Below, piece after piece: positions 1 through 13,160 of a stretch of 64,000 nt of DNA; within the stretch, counting starts at the first letter, position 1; each line of letters starts with the position of its first letter. This DNA is from Azolla caroliniana (taxonomy: Eukaryota > Plantae > Polypodiophyta), in NCBI GenBank assembly GCA_043228905.1, contig JBHGNT010000002.1, positions 15,004,001 through 15,068,000 of the forward strand. Reading direction: 5' to 3'. Under the pieces are notes generated by a model. It was not told the DNA's origin, searched no databases, and worked only from the letters and a program-made list of their open reading frames with translations. The position numbers were made by a program, and so were the translations under genes.

Positions 1-3000
1 ATTTTGATGGATTCAGGCTTAACCGATAACTTCTGCATTTCTCAAGACATAACCGGAGGTGTTGGAGATGTTCTCCTTCTCGGCTATACACGACGAAGTC
101 ATCCAGGAATACCCACATGAATGCTGGAATGAACTCGCCAAATATTTCCATGATTATCCGTTGGAAGGTTGCCGGTGCGGTCTTGAGCCCGAACATCATT
201 ACCACTGCGACAAAGACTCCCCATTCGGTGACGAATGTCGTCTTGTCTTGGTCGTCAGGCTGCATCCTTATTTGATTGTAGCCGCTGAAACCGTCTAGGA
301 AGCTATACACTTCATGACCGACTACCGCGTCCAACACTCCATCTGTAAACGGCAGTGGAAAGGCGTCGATCACAGTCGCCACATTGAGTTTCCGGTAATC
401 AACGCACACCTGGATTTTACCGTTCTTTTTTGGCACGACGACTATGGGACTTAACCATGTAGCTTTTTTCACTGGTCGGATAAAACCAACCCGTAGCAAC
501 TTGTCAATTTCCTCTTTGACTTTTGCCGCATAATTAGAGTTCATCCGGTAACACCGTTGTGCTACCGGTTTGGCATCCTTACTACGGTGTATTTGGTGTT
601 GGTAGAACTGAGGATCTAGCCCCCCCATGTCTTCATAGGACCAGACAAATACGCCCCAGAATTCCTTTAATAAGGTGATCATCGCCGTCTTATTGTCCGG
701 TGACATTTCCTTAGCAATATGAACTGGTTTGGCGTCGTCCCCGGTCCTTAAGTTCACTTCCTCTAACTAGGATGCTTTCACGTGTTGGGATACCGCCATC
801 TCCTTCTCCAGAGCTTCATGTGCTTGCCATAATTCTCTGATAGCTTCCTGATCCGGTTCCTCGATGGCGTCGTCTGATTGCATTCTATATGGTGGCACTG
901 CTTCCGCCAGATCGATTTCAAATAGGGGTACAATTTTTGGGTTTTCTTCTAAGTACTAGTCGACCTCTTCGTCCGCAAGCCCCTCGAGCATGTTTACACT
1001 TTCCGCATATAGCGGTGTCAGCTCCTTGGCGGTACTGGCTTGAGGGTGGGTAGGTACCTTTGTTTTTGTCTTCCCTCGTCGAAAGGTAATCATGTTTTTC
1101 CGCTAGTTTTGTTTGATATGCGCCGTTTTTAGCCATGGGCGGCCCAGTAACAGTGGGTAAGCCCCTTGCTCATTGAGCTGGAGAACCACTGCCGAAATGC
1201 GGAATGCGTGACCTCTGATAGTTACATCTAGATCCCGTATCAAACTGGTAGGTCTTACCACACTTGTATCCACCATTCGGAGCCAAAACGGGCAAGGCTC
1301 CCAGTCCTGTATTCCAAGGGTATTACAAGTCCGTAAACTGATCATGTTCACGCCTGATCCTCCGTCCACAATCGTCCTTTGATGATAACGGTGATTTTCG
1401 GACTGTTCGTGTCTACCAATGCTGGCCCTTCTTCCAAATTTGAGAAGAACGTAGGAGCCGGCAACGGAATTGATGTGGTCATTCCTGATGTCAGCCCTTC
1501 CATAAATCAGGGCACTAGCTGTAATAACCAACCGAATGGCAGCGTAATCTGACATTCTTGTAACGCTTGCCATGTTGGGTTTTCCGGCTGAATCATGTCG
1601 GTGGCCCATTCCGGTTTCTCCTTTTGTTGTTCAAGCTAAGCCACATTGTGCTCATTTGTCTTCTTCACCCACTCGGTGGCTTGCTTTCGGATTGCCTCCT
1701 GTGTTTCCCACTCCGTTGTTTTGCCTTTTGCCCTGGTGGTGACTTGTTGTATATCAGCAACTTCTGCTACCACCATATTTACGGTTGGTCTTTTCTCGTA
1801 GCTTTTAACCGGACACTGATTATTGTAATGTCCTTGCAGGCAATAGTAGTAGTATGCCTTCCGGGTGTTGCTAGATTCGGCGTTCGCTCCGGTACCCGGT
1901 TGAGGTCCTATTGGTGGTCGGTTAGGTGCTTGGCCCGGTTGGGTACTTGGCGTGCCCTTGTCTGGCTGCCATTGGCGGTCCTCCTTTCTAGCATTCCATT
2001 TTTTGTTGAAGCGTTTTTTGTTCCGATAACCCTGTCGAGGCCGGTTTTCATAGTTGCCTTGATCCTCCCTCCACTGGTTTTAACCAGGGGAGTGATCTCA
2101 GTTGTATCGCTTGTATGGTTCACTGTTGTAATCTCGGTAGCTATCCTACCGGTCTCAGTCGTGACCGTCCTTTCTGTCGTTGTTCCAGATATCTTGCGTC
2201 GGCTGGTAACGCTCATCTCGCTGCCAACGTTCTTCTTCCTCTTCCCGGTTGCTCTAGGGTTCGATTTGCCTTATCGGTGCCGCTTGCCAGTTCAGCAAGT
2301 TATATTCGCATCGGTCCATTGTGTGCGTTCTGGAGTGGCATAACATGTACTGTGTCCGCATGGTACATTCTATAGCCGAGTGCACGACATTGAGACAAGT
2401 CGTAAATTGTATAGCTTGCCGAAACCGTAGGTCCTCTTCTGTCGGTAATGTATGCTGGACTGCCCCGATTGTTAGCCACGAGCTTGTTTTCTCCATCTCC
2501 TTGAACTGTTCTATGACTTGGTCGATCATGCTGGTGCGGAAATCGATCACTGCGCACCCCATACGCAGGGGTTCCCTGAGTGCGGCTGGGAATATTGATT
2601 TCGCCTCTTCCTCCGGCGGTGCCCTATTGAGCTGACTATGCATTCGCTGGAACCGGATTACGAATTGCTAAATGGTTTCCATAGGTTCCTGCCGAATGGT
2701 GTAGAACAGGTCGACCATCTCCCATTGATCCACCTCTTTGGTGAAGAACTGTAAAAATCTAGTTTTTAAGTCCTCAAACGTCGTGACGGTGCCGGGAGTG
2801 TGCGTCAAGCGCCATCGCGCGGCTGGTCCTTCCAAGGTCATACCAAACTCTCCAATGTTTGAGCGTTTTGCTTCGGCGGCGGTCAAGCGTTGCGACACAT
2901 GGTTTGCTTCCCATGTTTGCAGAAATGCATAGACATGAGCTTCTGTGTCCGGATCATCCCGGTAGTTGGGATATTGGAATTCCATGTCGTCGTCCGGTGT

Positions 3001-3574
3001 CGGAGGTCTCCCCTCCTCTTCTTTTGGTGTCGGAGGTTTTTCCTCTTCTTTCAGTGTCGGGGATTTTCTCTCCTCTTCTTCCAGTGTCTCACGTGGTGGT
3101 GTCAGAAGTTGATCTGCCACTTGCCGATCTGGGGCTTCCAGTTTCGTTAACTCTAGTTTTGGTGTCGGCAAGGTATCCGACTACTCGTCCTCCGGTCCGT
3201 TTGGGGTGTTGTGGCTGCTACGGTAATTCGAATGGGCGCTGAATTCACCGTCCGAATCCGATTCGAAGGCCGAGAATGGTTCTGAATCGCCTCCCCCTAT
3301 CGCTAGTGCCTGCAGAATGGATTCAGCACCCCGGAGACTGCTCAAGTTGCTTCCTTCATCCGGTTGGGAATTTTGCTGTCCGCGGAATGACTCTGCGGCC
3401 ACTCGCCGGATTACTTTGGAAAATGAGCGATCCGCATGGATCTCTTCTGCCGCCTGTTGGAAAGCCTCTCGCTTTCGCAATCATTCGGCAAGTCTTCTTA
3501 TACGCTCCGTAACCGGGTCGTTTGTTGGTCTAGTCATCCATGCCCACCGGTGTTTGTTGCATTTGTGCAAGAAT

Positions 3575-3585
3575 CGTGATCGCCA
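3575..3585 (-). promoter_or_regulatory. Primer-binding site of A (tRNA-Arg-like, TGGCGATCACG)
   Basis: TGG-initial motif 5 nt inside the LTR; resembles the PBS of D. Confidence 0.6.
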
Positions 3586-3590
3586 AAAAC

Positions 3591-4087
3591 TGGGTTATCG
3601 CTAGGGCCGGACAATGGCCTAACACAGGGTGTCCCTTTGAGACACTTCACCAAAGGGGTGTTGCAGTGAGATAGAGTTAGACTGAATATTAATCGAACCT
3701 TGAGGAGTTACTAGCGGCAATATCATTAGTCACAATACACGTGTAGGATAAATTATACTTAGCACAGAATAGTAATTAACGATGATTAAGATACAGAACA
3801 ACAACACTCTATTAATTATCCACTAACGATTACAATCTAATGGGTCCTTTTTATAGGTCTCTGCTTTTAGGTACAAACCGGTGCCAACCGGCAACCGACT
3901 ACGAACTTGGTAATACTGATTCCGTGTCCATCCGTTTGCTTCTCAAATCATAATAATTCTATAAATATATAATCAACTCCCGGTTATTAATTATTCCCTC
4001 GTTTCCCATTCTGGACTTCCCTTGCCGGCCGGCGAACACCATGGTCTTGGCAATACCAAAATGTCCAGTCATAGGGACATCATGACA
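3591..4087 (-). repeat. 5' LTR of element A
   Basis: TG...CA ends, minus-strand TATA (ctataaaaagg) near 3850, PBS adjacent; partner LTR lies outside the window. Confidence 0.65.
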
Positions 4088-5700
4088 ATGCTTTAACTGT
4101 TAAAGGTGGGGTGATCCATCAGGGACGTAAAGGATATGCTTGTGAAAAAGTAAGCCATCTTGCCACTTGAATTCCTGAGATGACCCTTGCAATGTGGAGC
4201 AAGATGCATGGCTTGGACTAATGTGAGCTAAGACATACTTACCGAAATCGTCAGAGTGAAGTCGCTACCGAATAGTATCAATAAGGCTTGAATCAAGCGG
4301 TGTGGCATAAACCGTTGTTGTTTGTAGCTTTGATGGTCCTAGAAGAATTTGCTTTTGATTGTCAAAGGCCAGATCTCCAGGTCAAGGTGTGAGATATGAA
4401 GGCCGAGACAGAGCATCTACTTTCTCTTGTTGTTTTCCGAGGCGAAAAATGATCTTGAAATCGAAACACATTACAAATTGGGCCCACCGAGCGTGTCGTC
4501 TATTTAATACTCGAGCTGTTTGAAAATATGTGAGATTTTTGTGATCACTATAAATGATAATCTAATGAGACGATCCTTTTAGAAAATGACACCATTGCTC
4601 AAATGAGTCCACCACATCTAGGAATTCCTTGGTTGGTTATGATAGGACACTCCCCAATGCAAAGTCTAGCGCATCCGCATCAATGGTAAATGGCTTTTCG
4701 GGATCAATATGTGATAAGATAGGAGCTGAGGTGAATGCATCTTTGAGCTGAGTAAAGGCTATGTCTGCTTCAATATTCTAAACAAACACTTGGTTTTTCT
4801 TGGGGAGTTGGAGAGAGGCAACACAATCTTTCAATAATTCCATATGAATTTGCGATAGAAGTTAGCAAATCTAAGGAAACATTGGACGTCTCGAACAGAA
4901 CATGAGGGCTGCCATTCCAATATTGTTTTGACTTTTGTTGGATCCATGAAGATACCCTTGGATGAAATAGTATGACCCAAGAATTCAACTTGTTCGTTGT
5001 GAAAACAACACTTCTCAAGTTTGGCACTTCTCAAGTACTCTTCGGACATGTATATCATACTCCTATGTTTTAGAATAAATCAACAGATCATCTAAATAGC
5101 TGATGAGAAAGATATCTAGAAAATCCCAAAAATGTCATTTCTCATATGTTGGAAAACTATGGGCGCATTTATGAGTCCAAAAGGCATGACTGTATACTCG
5201 AAATGACCATACCGAGTGCGAAATGCAGTTTTCCTCTCATCTCTCTGTCAAATTCAAACAAGATTATATGCACCCCTTAAATCGATATTTGTAAAATGCT
5301 TTGCCCCACCAATGCGCTCTAAAAGAGTAGAGATTAAAGGGAGAGTATACCTATTTCTTATGGTGACTTTATTTAATCCCCGATAGTCTACAAGATTCTC
5401 CTGGATGTATTCTCGATGGACCCCAAGCTTAGTTGGTGATAGATTGTACCCTAACCCCCACGGTGGCTCTTTTCCTGGTTGGAGATCAATGGGACAGTCC
5501 TACAACCGATGCGTTGGAAGTACACAAGCTTTGACTTTGTCGAAAACATCAACATATTCTTAATATTGTTTGGGAATTTGGATGTCTGAATTTCCTTGAG
5601 TGGCACTAGAAGGTGTCACTGATACTGCAAATAAGGAATGTTCCTCCTTTCCTCCCACTTGGGACAATTGTTTCAATGGGATGGTTGAGATTCGATGAAA
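4088..5700 (-). pseudogene. Decayed Tcn1-like Gypsy RT-RNase H fragment; A is inserted into it
   Basis: Minus-strand [56 protein letters not shown]...RWAQF with many disruptions. Confidence 0.85.
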
Positions 5701-5797
5701 AGGAGATGGTACACAGCTTTCCCCTTGAAGCTTCACTCTTATTCTTTTCTTCTTGACCATCTTCTCCCTTTCCACAACATACCTAATATATTAGGCT

Positions 5798-6100
5798 TTA
5801 ACTTTCTTTTTTGTCTTTTTCTTGTCCAAAAAAATATACTCCATTGGTATTAAAATGAAAATGGCCAAAGGCAATATACAAATTGTCCAACAGTCCAATG
5901 TTTATAGGTAAAGATAATTCCTTCAAACAAACATGAGGAATAGCCTTCCATATTTCCTTCGAATTCTTTTGCAATAAATTATCCACGATCACAAAACCAG
6001 TCTTTGACATGCGAAACAAACATAAAGCAAATAATGACTATTATTTTGTGTGCATGCCAAATAAACATGAAGAATAGTCTTCAATACTTCCTTCGATGTT
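5798..6100 (-). pseudogene. Possible PIF/Harbinger-type transposase fragment
   Basis: FRMSKTGF motif only. Confidence 0.3.
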
Positions 6101-8706
6101 ATCCTCAGGAGATCATCGACAATCACTCAACCCATCTTTGATATTATGAATTGGTTTACACTATCTGCTTCCTCATGAAAAATTCCCAACCAATTTTTCA
6201 TTGACTTGCATCACAAGATCTTGGGCAACTGCTACATTTGCAGAGAAGAAACCTACCATGATACGCATGCACTTGGAATTCCTTCATCTCCACAATCCGT
6301 CAACATTCCGCTTTATCACAAGAGAATAATCCATCAACAGTCCGGTTTATCACAACTTTCATATTCTCACATTAGCCATGTCGACTTTCGCTTTATCATA
6401 ACCTCAAAAAAAGTGCTTCGACCCCCACACCATCTTCACTCATCCTTATCCCACAAATTTTTTTTCTTCATCAAGTCTGCATCAACTATCTCGCCGATTA
6501 TCACCACTTTCTTGTACTGTAACAAATAACAAACAAAATAAATGTAGAGTGTTTCCTCATCCCTCATGTTCTGCTTTGGCCCCCACAAGGTTATCACTCA
6601 TCCTCTCATCATGTCGATATTCATTAATCATAGGCTTCAATCCCTACCACCACACCAACATCACTCGTCCTAATGATCAACATAAATCTTCTTCTTCTTC
6701 TTCTTCTTCTTCTTTTTCTTCATGAAATTTAGGGTTCTTAGTTCATGTTTAATTTCTGAAATTTACCATCATTGTAATAAAAAACCCCAAAATCTTGTAA
6801 TCCTTATTTTATAAAGAGAATTTCTTTGTTAATCTAGTAATTTCTGATCCAATATTGTATTTAATCTACTCATAATTTCATGAATTTTGGGTTAATTATG
6901 GGATTGAATCCTAATCCTACGTATAATTCATTGTTCGGGTCCTCGCTACCTTCGACTCTAAGGATCCGTCAACTCTGAAAAGTCTTCAACTTTTACCTTC
7001 GACTCTCCAGAACGTTCAATTCTGACCAACCTTTGACGTTGTAGAGTCGTTGACTTCGTAGAACATTTGACTCTGACCTACCTTCAATTGTGCGAAACCT
7101 ACCTAATTTCGTGAGAACATTCAATACTCGAGATTTGAGTGCTCAAAGGCTCCACTCAAATTGAGCATTTCATCTTAACTTGAGCATTGAGCTCAAAGAT
7201 TTCACTAGACCAGAGCATTCCGCTCTACATGTTACACAAACAAACTAATTGACACAAGTTTGATGATACCTAAGAGCTAGGTTAGATATCCTACCTCGTG
7301 CCATCCCTAACATGATAATTAGTTCAAGGACGATGATATGACATCCAAACAACGTTCTACCTCTTAGAGCAGATTTGTTAGTAACCTCTTATGCACATTC
7401 TCCATGGATTTGAAAAATGTCTGATAAGAGTGGGAGTTTACTTTTTCTTATTTTACTCTTTTACATGAATTAAGCCATTTCACACCCTTGAGCAATTAAC
7501 ACTTATTAGGCAGCCCCCTTAATTATGAAATTATTTGGTTGAATTGAGAAGTATATCTTTCCTGGAAGTCTCTTACCTCGGAGGGTAGAAGAGCAACCAT
7601 GGTTGGAATCATGAATAAGAGGTCAAACTAATATTTTGCCAATGATTACTAACAACTTTTACACCACTTTATAAAGTCACTTTGATGGTTATTGTTTAAG
7701 AATGAGTAGGAAATGAACAAAACTATTACTATAGTCGATGGTAGTAGATGTTACAATTGCAAGATAGTTCCCATAATTTCATAGAATATCAAATTTCTTG
7801 TTAGATATGGGATTACATTAGTAAGATTTGCCATTATTTTAGGTTGTTACCTAACACCAAGATAATAAGTATTTAACAAATTGCATAGCTACTCTAAAGT
7901 CAATGATTGAGTTCATATTGCATCTTGATTGGGGTATGCCTAATCCTTCCATGTTTGATGGCAAACATGGAGTTAAAACACATCTACAAAATTGGAAGGT
8001 TGTATTGATGTAGTAGCAATTTTGTAAATTGAAGTACTCGTCAAAATTCTCTTAGCGAAAAAATGTTCTTCTTGTGTATCACTGCTTCTATGTCTCTTGC
8101 TATCTTTATCGCAGCAAGATTAAATTAGTTGTAGTAACATTGTCGTGTTTGTCATACGTAATTAATATAGCGATGTTTTTTTCACAAAAAACATAGAGAC
8201 ATAATACAACTTGAGGATTGTAGAGAGTGGTAGAGTGTAAACAAGGGTGCCACAAGTGGTGACTTGAAAGTGGAGCCTATAATGAGAGAGTTTCATTGAT
8301 TAAACTCTGGTGTCTACCGATTTTGAGTTTACATTCCAAGTACTAAGTTTGTAAATCAAAAAGCTAGTTGTCTCTTTAATATTCTCAAAAGTTGTTTAGG
8401 ATAAAATATTTGTACTTAAATTCTTTATTCCTTTTACCGTTAAATGATGTTTGGGGAGATCGTGATGCTTGTAATGGTGATTTAAGATGCACTTTAATAT
8501 TGAATTGAAAATTAAAAGTTATATTGGAACTAACTAGTCATATTATTGAATGGTCAAGTTGGAATACATGAAATTCATCATGACGATATTGCCATGCACG
8601 CCTTCGGAGCTTTACTTCCATGATCGTGTCACGATGAAATTAAAATATCATTTCATGCTCACAAAAGTAAGCATGGCATACAATTAAACTACGCTTCTAC
8701 ATGCTC

Positions 8707-8714
8707 TATTTAAA
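8707..8714 (+). promoter_or_regulatory. TATA box of dirigent-like gene
   Basis: TATTTAAA about 90 nt upstream of the ATG, followed by a pyrimidine/CA-rich leader. Confidence 0.55.
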
Positions 8715-8801
8715 GCTAGACAAATCTTTGCAAAGGTCATTCCATATCTCTCTTGAAAACCTCATCATCAGTACTTAGAGTTCATCTCAATACTTATAGC
8801 A

Positions 8802-9353
8802 ATGGCGTCTAGATATAATGTTTCCTACATGAAGATGATGGTACTCATGGTGCTTCTAATGGCGTCATGTGTTGCAGCAAAAAAGAAGGTGGTATTGAAG
8901 TACTACACACAACAACAACTTGGGGTGAATGAGTTTGGGATGGTCTCAGCAGCCGTTCCTCCAGCCAAAGGCACATTCACTGGTGTTGGCCTTCAAGTGG
9001 TTTATAACTACACATTGACCAAGACAGGAAACCCAACATCCCAAGTATTGGGCGTCATTCGCGGCACCTCTGTGGTCACCTCTAACACTGTCAATGCTAC
9101 CATTTTTGTTGTCAACACTGTTGTGCATTACGTTAATCCCAAGAAAGGGGGTCTCAAGGGCACTTTCACCACACAAGGTGAGGCCAACTTTGGTAGTGGA
9201 CAACCCTTCGAATTAGCCGTGACAGGCGGCACTGGTGACTTTCGTGGTGTGTATGGTTACACTATTGCCAGTAACTTCAATTTTACGCCACCTACTGGCA
9301 ACTCAACTGCCAAGGTCACAAAATTTTATCAAACTAGCCTTTGGTGGCTCTAA
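8802..9353 (+). CDS. Secreted dirigent-domain (DIR-like) protein, 183 aa, intronless
   Basis: Intact ORF, hydrophobic signal peptide, ELAVTGGTGDFRGVYGY dirigent motif, N-glycosylation sequons (NYT, NAT, NFT, NST). Confidence 0.88.
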   Translation: MASRYNVSYMKMMVLMVLLMASCVAAKKKVVLKYYTQQQLGVNEFGMVSAAVPPAKGTFTGVGLQVVYNYTLTKTGNPTSQVLGVIRGTSVVTSNTVNATIFVVNTVVHYVNPKKGGLKGTFTTQGEANFGSGQPFELAVTGGTGDFRGVYGYTIASNFNFTPPTGNSTAKVTKFYQTSLWWL

Positions 9354-9909
9354 ATTATAGATGCTTGGATTATCTTCCTCATTTCTAAGATTGATAAAAA
9401 AATACATGGCTTTAGGAAACTCTTTCTTTCATACAAATTAATATGAATTGGTGAATGCGTTGTCTTCCTATATGTAGGAAGATTTATTTATTTATTTATT
9501 AATAATGAAACTACAAAACCATGCAAAGACCAATTTCTAGTTTCATTCAATGATGATAAATTATGTTACACAATGTTTCACTATACATGCAAGATGATTG
9601 TGTTCCATATTCGAGGATTCTCATTTCTTTTGTTTAAGCATGCGAATGTGCAACAATAAACAATGGTGTAGTGAACATTAGAATAGACCTCTCCCCTTTA
9701 TATACATTTGTTTTTTAATTCGAGAATGAAACCACTAATATATGTCCCACTAGATGGCTAACAAGATGGGGTATGGTGAGACCCATCAATCAAACCACAT
9801 GCTTCCACTTTACCCTAACCGAAAAATCGGGTTTCAAATTACAACGTGAAGAAATCCAAATGTCTCCTAATGTAAATCACCACTTTACCAACCTCAAAAA
9901 CCTTCTCCA

Positions 9910-11383
9910 AGTCCACATCAATCCTCAGATGGCAACTCTTATCGACGGAAACTCCATCGGTCATCCCATCGGTAGGAAATCTCTCGACCGGATCATAACT
10001 CTACGATCGATAACTTTGATCGGAGCTTTGTTTGACTTGCACCTTCTCGTTCGGTCAACACATCCTTCTGTTGGATCACACACCAATCGGTTTGTCCACT
10101 GCGGCATGGGTCGTAAAATCATTGTGTGTGTGTGTATTCTCTGGTTTCTTCATGTGAGGTGAGTTTTATGTTTTGTACTCCTTGTTCTTTGAAATTTTCA
10201 TTTTTTACCCTCAACGTTTTGAAATTTTATCATATGCCCTTATGAAATTTATTCGTATGCCCTCATGTTTTGGAAATTTTGTTTTATGCCCTTTCTTTTT
10301 CTTCTACTTTCTATCCTTGCTTTCTTCTTCCTCTTTTGTCGTCAAATTCTCCGTTTCCTACACATGCTCATTTGTGACAACTTCAACTTTCTTTTCCTTT
10401 CTTGTGTAATCTCGAGCTTCATCTAATAATGTCTTTCCCCATTCTCTCCTCTCTGCCTTTGCTCTTCCTTCTTCTTCTCTCTTTCTGTCTTCTTCTTCTT
10501 CTTCTTTCTTGTCTGATTTCTTCGTCTTTCTTGATTTTCTTCTTCTTTATTTCATACGTTGAGTAGAATACTTTTGTTTGTCGTCCGTCTTCCCTCATGT
10601 GGTCTGCCCGTCGTTGTTCCCTAGTCAGCACTCAGACCATCTATCCGGCTAGTTGTCTAGCGGCCATATGTATGTTTGGTTGACTGTGCCTGCCATTTGT
10701 TCGGTCGTCTTTTTGTTCGGCTTGTTGTTCAACCGCCTAGCCGGATCTATCCGGTCATCGTTGTTCGACAATTGTTCGACGGCTGCCGAACGTTTGTCTC
10801 CGTCCAGTCATTGTTGTCCACCTGCTATTCGACCGGATAGGCGTCACTTTTCAGTGGCCAGCTCTGTCGTCGTCCATCCGCTGAATCAGATGTCATCCGT
10901 CACTATCTGTCTTGCTGGTTGGCTGGCTCTACCACTCGTCGCCGTCCACCGGCATCGGCGTTAGTTGTTTGGCCGAATGTGTCTGTCCGACCTTCTTCAT
11001 TCGTTGGCCATCTCAGACTTCGACCAACTAGCCGGTTGTCGGGTGCCCCTTGGTTGTCACTCAGCCATGCCTATTCGTTGGCTGTCTCTCTAACCGTCCG
11101 ACTTTCATTAGATTCATTCATCTGTTGATTGCCATAGCCATTATCTTCTTTTTCTGTGATTGTTCGATCTATCTCCAACATGATCATTATTCTTCGGTTT
11201 TTCTTTATCTTCTTCATCCTTCCTTGTATCCACCATCATCCCTATCGAAGTCATATTCTTCACCTACCACTTCTAAGGACAAAAGCAAGCTCATTGGCTG
11301 CATTAAGGTTTCTCTTCCACCATTATAGGTACATCAATCGATCTATCACTCCTCTCCTCAGTTTACCTATCTGTCTGTGAAAA
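9910..11383 (-). mobile_element. Diverged relative of the internal region of element D
   Basis: Reverse complement shares ordered blocks with 31290-31650 (aaaactcacc, gacccatg, gctccgatc, gaccgatgga) and the same purine-skewed low-complexity body. Confidence 0.6.
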
Positions 11384-11901
11384 TATTAGCGTGCGGAAGC
11401 TAAAACAAACACAATCGTTTTAGCCGGACAGCAACAGAAACCGTAGAGAACAATGGAAGAACATAAAGAGTATGTTGGAGAGACAGAGATCAAAACAGTA
11501 AAAACAATTTCAAAAAACCACTTCATACAATGAATGTGCTCTGAGAGCACTTTTTTACAAGTCCTTAAAAGGACTGATAGAAGTACTAACAAGTACTTCA
11601 ATGCGCGTAATTGAGCTACTGACACTAACTCCCAAAACTATGATTACCTACTAATCTAGGTGTGTAGGCCTACCGGCTCACGCAAGGATCCATCTCTTCA
11701 ATCCACATGTGGATCCGGCTCTTCGAACCGACTCACCCATCCGATCTGGGCCTAGCTAATCGGTCTTCATCTGATCCGGCTCTCATTTAGGTTGCACGCT
11801 AAACACTCCCCCTCAAGCTCGATTTGAGGTTGGTCTTCTGTGTCCGCATTTGCTGGTCCTTATCTCCAGCTCCTCCTGGCGTCTTCATGCCTTGCTCATG
11901 C
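11384..11901 (-). mobile_element. Copia-type 3' LTR (11384-11805) with PPT and short internal stub
   Basis: Inverted ends tattagcgtgc...gcacgctaaaca; PPT ttgagggggag; homologous to 15650-16097. Confidence 0.7.
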
Positions 11902-12200
11902 TGTCAAGGAAATCCTCGCGTGTTCACAAAATGAAGCAGAACCACCGGGGTCCTGGACCGGAAGGATTCGAAGGTTGTACTAGCCTTAGCGAGAAAGTAT
12001 TTAAGATAGATACAGAGAGATTGAGAGACGAAGATTCCAATTATGAGACAGATTGAGAGAGAGTGATTGAGATAGAGATTGGACTCTTGATTTCAATTTT
12101 TAGAGACAAGATACATTACCAACAAGATAACTAGATTTTATTATTGTTTTCTTAATTCAGTACATAACTCTCTTGATCAATTGATTGATTCCTGGGTGAA
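11902..12200 (-). repeat. Gypsy LTR fragment related to the F LTR
   Basis: Starts tgtc and shares accaccggggtcYtgRaccg with 37664/44011 LTRs. Confidence 0.5.
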
Positions 12201-12475
12201 AGCATGCCAGTAGAAACAATTAGCTATGCAAAAAGCTACCATTGATAAATTAGCTATGCAAAAAGCTACCATTGAAAATAATAGAGAGTTTTAATTATAT
12301 AAATGAGCACCATAAATGTGCAACATAAACGTGCAGCATAAATTGATATGTGCACCATAAATTTATATACCGAATTCCTAGGTCCATTATGCATGATCCT
12401 TTGCCACATCACGTGGGCCATCTCTGGTTTAGTATTCTCGCTTAGATTACTACCACTGTTGCTAAACCCTATTGA

Positions 12476-13160
12476 TTCCACTCCTCCATTGCCGCCATTC
12501 TACACTCAGTTACCGGGACTGTGTGGTCCAAGTATCATCTACCACAATTTGATCCGACGGAGTTCGCTCCTCCATTGCCGCCATTTTACACTCAATTGTC
12601 GCCACTATTCAGTCCAAGCATCGTCTGCCAAGTTCACTCCTCCATTGCCACCACTCTACACTCAGTTGCCGCTACTCTGCAGGTCGTATATTGTTGCCAC
12701 TTTTCGATCCAACAGAGCTAACTCCTTCTCCACTGCCACCATTCTACTCTTAGTTGCCGTCAGTATGCGTTCCAAGCATCATCTGCCATTGTTCGATCTG
12801 ATGGAGTTCACTCCTCCATTGCCATCATTCTACACTCAGTTGTCGCTACTATTCGGTCCTGGATTGCTACCACTTTTCGATTTGACAGAGTTCACTCATC
12901 CATAGCCCTCATTCTACACTTAGTTATCGCTACTGTTCGGTCGTGTATTGCTGCCACTTTTCGATCCGAGGGAGTTCACTCCTTCTCCACTGCCGCCATT
13001 ATACTCTCAGTTGTCCTCACTGTGCGTTCCAAGCATCATCTGCCACTGTTCGATCCGACGGAATTCACTCCTCCATTGCCATCATTCTACACTCAGTTGA
13101 CGCCATTGTTCGGTCCTGGATTGCCAAAACTGTTCGATCAAACGAAGTTCACTCTTCCAC
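12476..13160. repeat. ~85-bp tandem repeat, about 8 copies
   Basis: ctcctccattgcc anchor or variant at 12481, 12567, 12637, 12722, 12811, 12895, 12979, 13068, 13152. Confidence 0.9.

Larger units (their letters stand above)
1..4087 (-). mobile_element. Gypsy element A (Athila/Tat-like non-chromovirus), 5' portion, truncated by window start
   Basis: Minus-strand gag (YPNYRDDPDTEAHVYAFLQTWEANH), protease (IVDGGSGVN) and RT (VPKKNGKIQVCVDYRKLN near 380-430) with stops and frameshifts; homologous to element E. Confidence 0.9.

Noticed and set aside
1567-2343. 258-aa hydrophobic membrane-like ORF
   Set aside because: Antisense shadow of the A-rich gag region of element A
6900-7250. Short ccttcgactc / gagcatt repeats, possible LTR relic
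   Set aside because: No termini, partner copy or coding support in the window
12348-12905. Proline-rich extensin-like ORF
   Set aside because: Translation of the 85-bp repeat; the unit length is not a stable multiple of three
12476-13160. CRISPR-like array
   Set aside because: Whole units are homologous, with no unique spacers or cas genes, in a eukaryotic context
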